Origin: Gammaproteobacteria bacterium
GTDB lineage: Bacteria > Pseudomonadota > Gammaproteobacteria > Tenderiales > Tenderiaceae
Assembly (NCBI GenBank): GCA_024277755.1
Contig: JAJRUN010000002.1
Coordinates: 1 to 54,935, forward strand
DNA: 54,935 nucleotides
Direction: 5' to 3'
Made by a program: the position numbers and the translations under genes
The notes under the pieces: generated by a model
Seen by the model: the letters and a program-made list of their open reading frames with translations, nothing else
Database searches by the model: none
Told to the model about the DNA's origin: nothing
In this document: one piece after another, positions 50,375-54,935 of the stretch
Numbering within the stretch: the first letter of the stretch is position 1
Layout of the letters: the number at the start of each line of letters is the position of its first letter

Positions 50375-50770
50375 TTAATTCTTTTGACCCAATAGTCTTT
50401 TAATCATTTTCACCAGTTCGTCGCCATTAAACGGTTTAACAATATATTCAACCACTCCCGCATCTTGCGCTGACTTAACACTGTCCAGATCACTGCGCCC
50501 CGTCAGCATTAAAAAAGGTATGCTGCTGGTCTTTGGATTTGCCTTCATATCCCGCAATAGCTCAGCCCCACTTTTCTTTGGCATGTTCCAATCTGAAATG
50601 ACGACATCAATCTTCTTATCCTGCAACACCTTCCAGGCCTCCTCACCATCCATTGCAATCGTCATTTCATTACAGTCAATTTTTTTCCCTAGGATGACTG
50701 AAATGCCCTTGGCCAAAAACCGTTCATCATCAACCAGTAAAATATTTGCCTTATTCGCTGTCATTTCCAC
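50375..50770 (-). CDS. Single-domain response regulator (CheY-like)
   Basis: LVDDE, VISDWNMP, MLTGR, IVKPF. Start may be the ATG at 50764. Confidence 0.9.
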   Translation of the reverse strand: MEMTANKANILLVDDERFLAKGISVILGKKIDCNEMTIAMDGEEAWKVLQDKKIDVVISDWNMPKKSGAELLRDMKANPKTSSIPFLMLTGRSDLDSVKSAQDAGVVEYIVKPFNGDELVKMIKRLLGQKN

Positions 50771-51012
50771 ACATTAACCCCATTCGTTAACTAGCTCTGT
50801 TGCCCTATTAAGACCACACCGCCACACTGAAAAATCTTTTGCCCATTTGAAATACTCAATTACCCCAAAAAATTAATTCTTACCACCTAATCGACCTGTT
50901 TCCGTCAGACTTAAGAGAATCCTGGCCAATGCTCTTTTTTCAACATGGTTTCACTCAGCCTCATTTGCGCCAGCCAAGCTGGCTGAGCTACCATCGCAAT
51001 TAACATTCATAT

Positions 51013-51020
51013 AACAATAA
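51013..51020 (+). promoter_or_regulatory. AAnAAnAA (ARN-type) motif in the dctP leader
   Basis: AACAATAA lies 13 nt before the dctP ATG and matches the A-rich Hfq/Crc-type motif. It is short, so a chance match is possible. Confidence 0.35.
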
Positions 51021-51033
51021 TAGGGCTATCACC

Positions 51034-52116
51034 ATGAAACGCCGTGACTTTATTAAAAAAGCCGCCGGAGGCGCATTACTTGCGGCTGGCGCAAGCACTG
51101 CTGCACCGGCCATTGCTGCACGTAAACGCTTCAACTGGAAGCTGGTTACCACCTGGCCACCTAATTTCCCTATCTTTCAGGAAGGCGCAGAAAAATTTGC
51201 CAAGGACATCGAAGTGATGAGCGACCGACGCTTGCGCATCAGTGTCTATGCTGGCGGCGAACTGGTGCCTGCCCTGCAAAGCTTCGATGCCGTTTCACAG
51301 GGCGTCGTACAAATGGGCCATGGCGCAGCATATTACTGGGCCGGTAAAGTGCCTGCGGCACAGTTCTTCACTGCAGTACCATTCGGAATGAATGCCCAAG
51401 GCATGAGCGCCTGGCTATACAAGGGCGGCGGCCTCAATCTTTGGCGTGATATCTACAAGCCTTATAATCTGGTGCCCTTTCCCATGGGCAATACCGGCGT
51501 GCAAATGGGCGGCTGGTTTCGCAAAGAGATCAACTCTATTGCCGATCTCAAAGGTCTGAAAATGCGTATTCCAGGCTTGGGGGGCAAGGTTATGGCCAAG
51601 GCTGGCGTTAACCCTGTACTGCTACCCGGTGGTGAAATATATACCGCTCTGGAACGCGGCACCATCGATGCCACTGAGTGGGTTGGCCCCTTCCATGATC
51701 AACGCCTTGGCCTGCACCGTGCAGCTAAAAACTACTACTATCCTGGCTGGCATGAACCAGGCCCTGTGCTTGAACTCACCGTTAACCGTAAAGCCTGGGG
51801 CGAGCTACCGAAGGAATATCAACTGATGATAGAAACGGCTGCCGCTGCGGCCAATATATGGATGCACGCTGAATTCGAAACTAAAAACATGCAGGCATTA
51901 CAACAGCTCAAACAGAACCACAAGGTCAATATATTGGAATTCCCTGACGACGTGATTAAGCAGCTCAAGCGTCTGACCCATGAAACACTGGAACAGGAAG
52001 CCGCCAAGGACCCGACTTTTCGCCAGGTCTATCAAGCCTACAAATCATTTGCCCAATCAAATGATGCCTGGAGTGATATTTCTGACGCCGCCTATGCCAA
52101 GGCTCTCAAGCTATAG
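51034..52116 (+). CDS. dctP: TRAP transporter substrate-binding protein, TakP-like, Tat-exported
   Basis: MKRRDFIKK twin-arginine signal, WKLVTTWP, YAGGELVP, YYWAGK, GNTGVQMGGWF, KMRIPGLGG, EWVGP, YYYPGWHEPG. Confidence 0.93.
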   Translation: MKRRDFIKKAAGGALLAAGASTAAPAIAARKRFNWKLVTTWPPNFPIFQEGAEKFAKDIEVMSDRRLRISVYAGGELVPALQSFDAVSQGVVQMGHGAAYYWAGKVPAAQFFTAVPFGMNAQGMSAWLYKGGGLNLWRDIYKPYNLVPFPMGNTGVQMGGWFRKEINSIADLKGLKMRIPGLGGKVMAKAGVNPVLLPGGEIYTALERGTIDATEWVGPFHDQRLGLHRAAKNYYYPGWHEPGPVLELTVNRKAWGELPKEYQLMIETAAAAANIWMHAEFETKNMQALQQLKQNHKVNILEFPDDVIKQLKRLTHETLEQEAAKDPTFRQVYQAYKSFAQSNDAWSDISDAAYAKALKL

Positions 52117-52129
52117 CAGGCTATTAAAT

Positions 52130-52178
52130 CTGGAAAACACAGTTGGGCGATGCCTGCCGCCCAACTGAGGTTTTCCAG
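52130..52178. terminator. Long interrupted hairpin downstream of dctP
   Basis: CTGGAAAAC-a-CAGTTGGGCG-atgcctgc-CGCCCAACTG-ag-GTTTTCCAG; no clean U tract, so it may be a stabiliser rather than a terminator. Confidence 0.45.
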
Positions 52179-52294
52179 CTTAATAATTAACATTAAAGCT
52201 CCTCGGGTCCCGCCCCGATATCTAGGCAAGGGCTATCTAGCGTTTATACCTACCTATTTAAGCCTGTTTATATCGTCCACAAGGAGAACCGGTT

Positions 52295-52795
52295 TTGACC
52301 CTTAAAACACCTCGCATCAGCCATATGATCCAACAGTTCATCAGGATGACCCTGCTAATCCTGATGTTCAGCAGTTCAGCCAGTTATGGATCTGCTTCTG
52401 GCGGTGGTGGCGGAGCCGCCATTGCCGATGGCAAAGCCAATTACCTCACCCTCGAACCCGCCTTTGTGGTCAACATCATTGATGGCAACCGGATGCGCTT
52501 CATGCAGCTTGCAATTGATTTAATGTCTATGGACAGCCATGCCATTCAAGCAGTTCAGGACCACCGTGCCCCCATACGCCATGAGCTGCTGATGCTATTT
52601 GCTCACCGCGACATTTCCGAGGTTATGGGTTTGAAGCAACGCGAAAAACTGCGTCAGGATGCGCTAGAGAAAATTCAAGAGACTTTGCTCAAATATGCCG
52701 ACATTGATTCCACAGGGACGGCGGAAACAGAAGACGGGCACAAATACCCTACCGGCGTACAAGAGGTACTGTTTACCAATTTCGTCATCCAATAA
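52295..52795 (+). CDS. FliL-family protein (orphan)
   Basis: N-terminal hydrophobic segment, YLTLEPAFVVNI, IRHELLMLF, REKLRQDALEKIQ, VQEVLFTNFVIQ; AAGGAG RBS before TTG 52295. Confidence 0.85.
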   Translation: MTLKTPRISHMIQQFIRMTLLILMFSSSASYGSASGGGGGAAIADGKANYLTLEPAFVVNIIDGNRMRFMQLAIDLMSMDSHAIQAVQDHRAPIRHELLMLFAHRDISEVMGLKQREKLRQDALEKIQETLLKYADIDSTGTAETEDGHKYPTGVQEVLFTNFVIQ

Positions 52796-52810
52796 CCGCT
52801 CTGATCAGGC

Positions 52811-54133
52811 TCAGTAGTCCTTCATCTCATTCATCAGATCAGGCAACCACTGCACAGTGTCAGGGAAGAGAATGATTCCCCCCAGCACCACAACCTGAAT
52901 CAACACAAATGGAATCACACCTTTATAAATATGCTGAATCCTGACCTCGGGCGGTGCTGCCGCCTTGAGATAAAACAACGAAAAGCCAAATGGCGGCGTC
53001 AAAAATGAGGTTTGCAGATTCATAGCAATCAGCACTGCAAACCAAAGCATATTGATATCCATTAATTCTGCAATCGGCGCCAAAATCGGCACAACAATAA
53101 AACAGATCTCAAGGAAGTCGAGAAAAAAGCCCAACACAAAAATCAGCAACATACTCACCGCGATAAAGGCCCACTCACCGCCGGGCAGCGCCAGCATAAA
53201 ATCTTCCACGACCAGATCACCGCCCATGGATCGAAACACCAAACCAAAAGCGGTGGCACCGATCAAGATCATAAACACCATACTGGTGAGTCGAGCAGTC
53301 TGTCGTGATGCATCCTTGACATTTTCCAGACTAAGACGCTTGCGCATGGCCGATAACAGCATTGCCCCCAAGGCCCCAACGGCTGCCGACTCAGTGGGCG
53401 AGGTAACCCCAAAAAATATCGATCCCAGCACCGCAAACACCAGCAACAGCGGCGGCAACAAGCTTTTAAGCACCTGTTTACCCAAACCGGAGGCATCAGG
53501 CTCTACCGGCATCGCCGGCGCCATCTCCGGCTTGAAAAAGGCGATTGCCAGGATATAGAGCATAAACGCGGCCACCAACAGCAAGCCCGGCACCACGGCG
53601 GCGGCAAACAACTCACCCACCGGCACACCAATCACATCCCCCAACAAAATCAGGATAATACTGGGCGGGATAATTTGCCCCAACGTGCCAGACGCAGCAA
53701 TGGTGCCGGAAGCCAGTCCCGTGTCATAACCACGCTTAAGCATGGCAGGCAGGGCGATAATCCCCATGGTTACCACCGTGGCACCCACAACGCCAGTGGT
53801 CGCCGCCAACAAGGCCCCCACCGCAACAATGGAAACTGCCAAACCACCACGTAACCGGCCAAACAGCCGCGCCATGGTCTCCAGCAGCTCCTCTGCCAGG
53901 CCGGATTTCTCCAGCATCACCCCCATAAAGACAAACAGCGGCACCGCCAGCAGGGTGAAATTGGTCATGATTCCCCAGACCCGCATCGGCAGCAGCTGAA
54001 ATTCCTGCCAGCCAAGAAACCAGCCACCAAAGCCCATCGCCACCGCCCCCAGGGTGAAGGCTACCGGAAAACCGATCAGCAACAGTGCAATCGCCACCGC
54101 AAACATGATAATTGCCCAATATTCCATTTCCAT
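52811..54133 (-). CDS. dctM: TRAP transporter large permease
   Basis: GFPVAFTL, LLAVPLFVFMG, GTIAASGTLGQIIPPS, TPTESAAVGA, NLQTSFLTPPFGFSLFYL. Confidence 0.94.
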   Translation of the reverse strand: MEMEYWAIIMFAVAIALLLIGFPVAFTLGAVAMGFGGWFLGWQEFQLLPMRVWGIMTNFTLLAVPLFVFMGVMLEKSGLAEELLETMARLFGRLRGGLAVSIVAVGALLAATTGVVGATVVTMGIIALPAMLKRGYDTGLASGTIAASGTLGQIIPPSIILILLGDVIGVPVGELFAAAVVPGLLLVAAFMLYILAIAFFKPEMAPAMPVEPDASGLGKQVLKSLLPPLLLVFAVLGSIFFGVTSPTESAAVGALGAMLLSAMRKRLSLENVKDASRQTARLTSMVFMILIGATAFGLVFRSMGGDLVVEDFMLALPGGEWAFIAVSMLLIFVLGFFLDFLEICFIVVPILAPIAELMDINMLWFAVLIAMNLQTSFLTPPFGFSLFYLKAAAPPEVRIQHIYKGVIPFVLIQVVVLGGIILFPDTVQWLPDLMNEMKDY

Positions 54134-54681
54134 TATTGGGCCTCCTGCGTTGATGCTTCGGGCTTGAAAATTGTTTGCAGGCTACGAATAGATAGGGATA
54201 ACCCTTGCAAGGCCAGCAATACAAACCCCGCCGGGATTATCGCCTTCAGCAACCAACGGTAAGGCAGCCCCCCCGGATCGGGCGAAGATTCAGCCCAACC
54301 GAAAGACATCTCAACAAAGGGTACAGCGCTGATAATCATCAGCACACAAAAGGGCAGCAGCATGAACAGACAACCAAGCAGATTAACCATGGCCTGACGT
54401 CGCCGCGTCATCCATTTGGATTGATAAAAGACATCAACCCGGACATGTTCATCATGCTTGAGGGTATTCGCAGCGCCAAGCAGAAAGATCAGCGCAAAGA
54501 TATGCCACTCCAGCTCCTGCAAGGCCACCGAACCGGCTTGAAACAGATAGCGCATACCGACGTCGTAACAAACCAGCAGCACCAGCGCCACCACCAGCCA
54601 GGCGGTGAGACGGCCAAACCATTCATTGAGCCGGTCGATAACATTCGCCAGCTTGTCGAGTTGTTTCAGCAAAGCATTCAT
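54133..54681 (-). CDS. dctQ: TRAP transporter small permease
   Basis: Four TM helices, LQELEWH, EHVRVDVFY, SPDPGGLP; stop overlaps the dctM start. Start uncertain (ATG 54681 or TTG 54702). Confidence 0.92.
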   Translation of the reverse strand: MNALLKQLDKLANVIDRLNEWFGRLTAWLVVALVLLVCYDVGMRYLFQAGSVALQELEWHIFALIFLLGAANTLKHDEHVRVDVFYQSKWMTRRRQAMVNLLGCLFMLLPFCVLMIISAVPFVEMSFGWAESSPDPGGLPYRWLLKAIIPAGFVLLALQGLSLSIRSLQTIFKPEASTQEAQ

Positions 54682-54824
54682 ATCTAAAGGAGTCAGAGGC
54701 AAGAGGAATGCCGCGCATTCTACCGGCTCAACCCGGCGCTTAGAAGTAAATCAGGGTATTTGTTTGTTCTTATTGTTAACCCTAAAAATATAGAGAAGAC
54801 CAATAACAACAAAAACAATAACTT

Positions 54825-54935
54825 GAGACCTTTGCACGATACAGGCGCGAAAGGAAAATGAGCTAATATTTTTCTGATTGAGGCAGAAAATGCAGTTAAT
54901 AGCGAGCTATTGACAAGTTTTCTAACGAAAAGCAG
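54825..54935. mobile_element. MITE-like palindromic element, copy 2 (cut off by the window end)
   Basis: 108/111 identical to 9404-9514, same orientation; begins GAGACCTTTGCACGATACA. Confidence 0.8.

Noticed and set aside
42406-51033. Signalling cassette as an active integrative element or prophage
   Set aside because: No integrase, transposase, tRNA target, phage gene or flanking direct repeat was visible; only the composition shift supports foreign origin.
53736-54224. 162-aa alternative-frame ORF over dctM/dctQ
   Set aside because: Out-of-frame product of the GC-rich permease genes; no support as a gene.
9404-54935. Repeat pair as a CRISPR array or composite transposon ends
   Set aside because: Two copies 45 kb apart with no spacers, cas genes or transposase; the enclosed DNA is mostly core housekeeping genes.

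Overview
A 54.9-kb stretch of a gammaproteobacterial chromosome. The gene mix suggests a marine Chromatiales/Thiohalomonadales-like sulfur oxidiser, which is an inference. The backbone is housekeeping: pstCAB-phoU behind a textbook Pho box but without pstS, cpdA, tsaB, folK/folB/plsY, a MacAB-type exporter, def-fmt-rsmB-DUF4390-ntrY-ntrX-trkA-trkH, LysM(tsaP-like)-dprA-smg-topA, cysB, uvrD and a TRAP transporter split into convergent halves around a fliL-like gene. I found no rRNA, tRNA, CRISPR array, integrase or transposase. The most unusual items are: (1) an AT-rich 8.3-kb signalling cassette (42428-50770) with three paralogous histidine kinases, a PhnD-fold binding protein lacking the STSG motif, three single-domain receivers and a REC-HDOD protein, with no DNA-binding output; (2) a TtrS-like sensor kinase collapsed by an internal deletion (11309-12216); (3) a 158-bp self-folding MITE-like element present twice (9404 and 54825); (4) a secreted Asn/Ser/Thr-rich two-Cys orphan protein next to the exporter (18660-18968); (5) an HExxH protein with an EpmC-like motif upstream of tsaB. 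All product calls come from motif recognition by eye; no database search was run.
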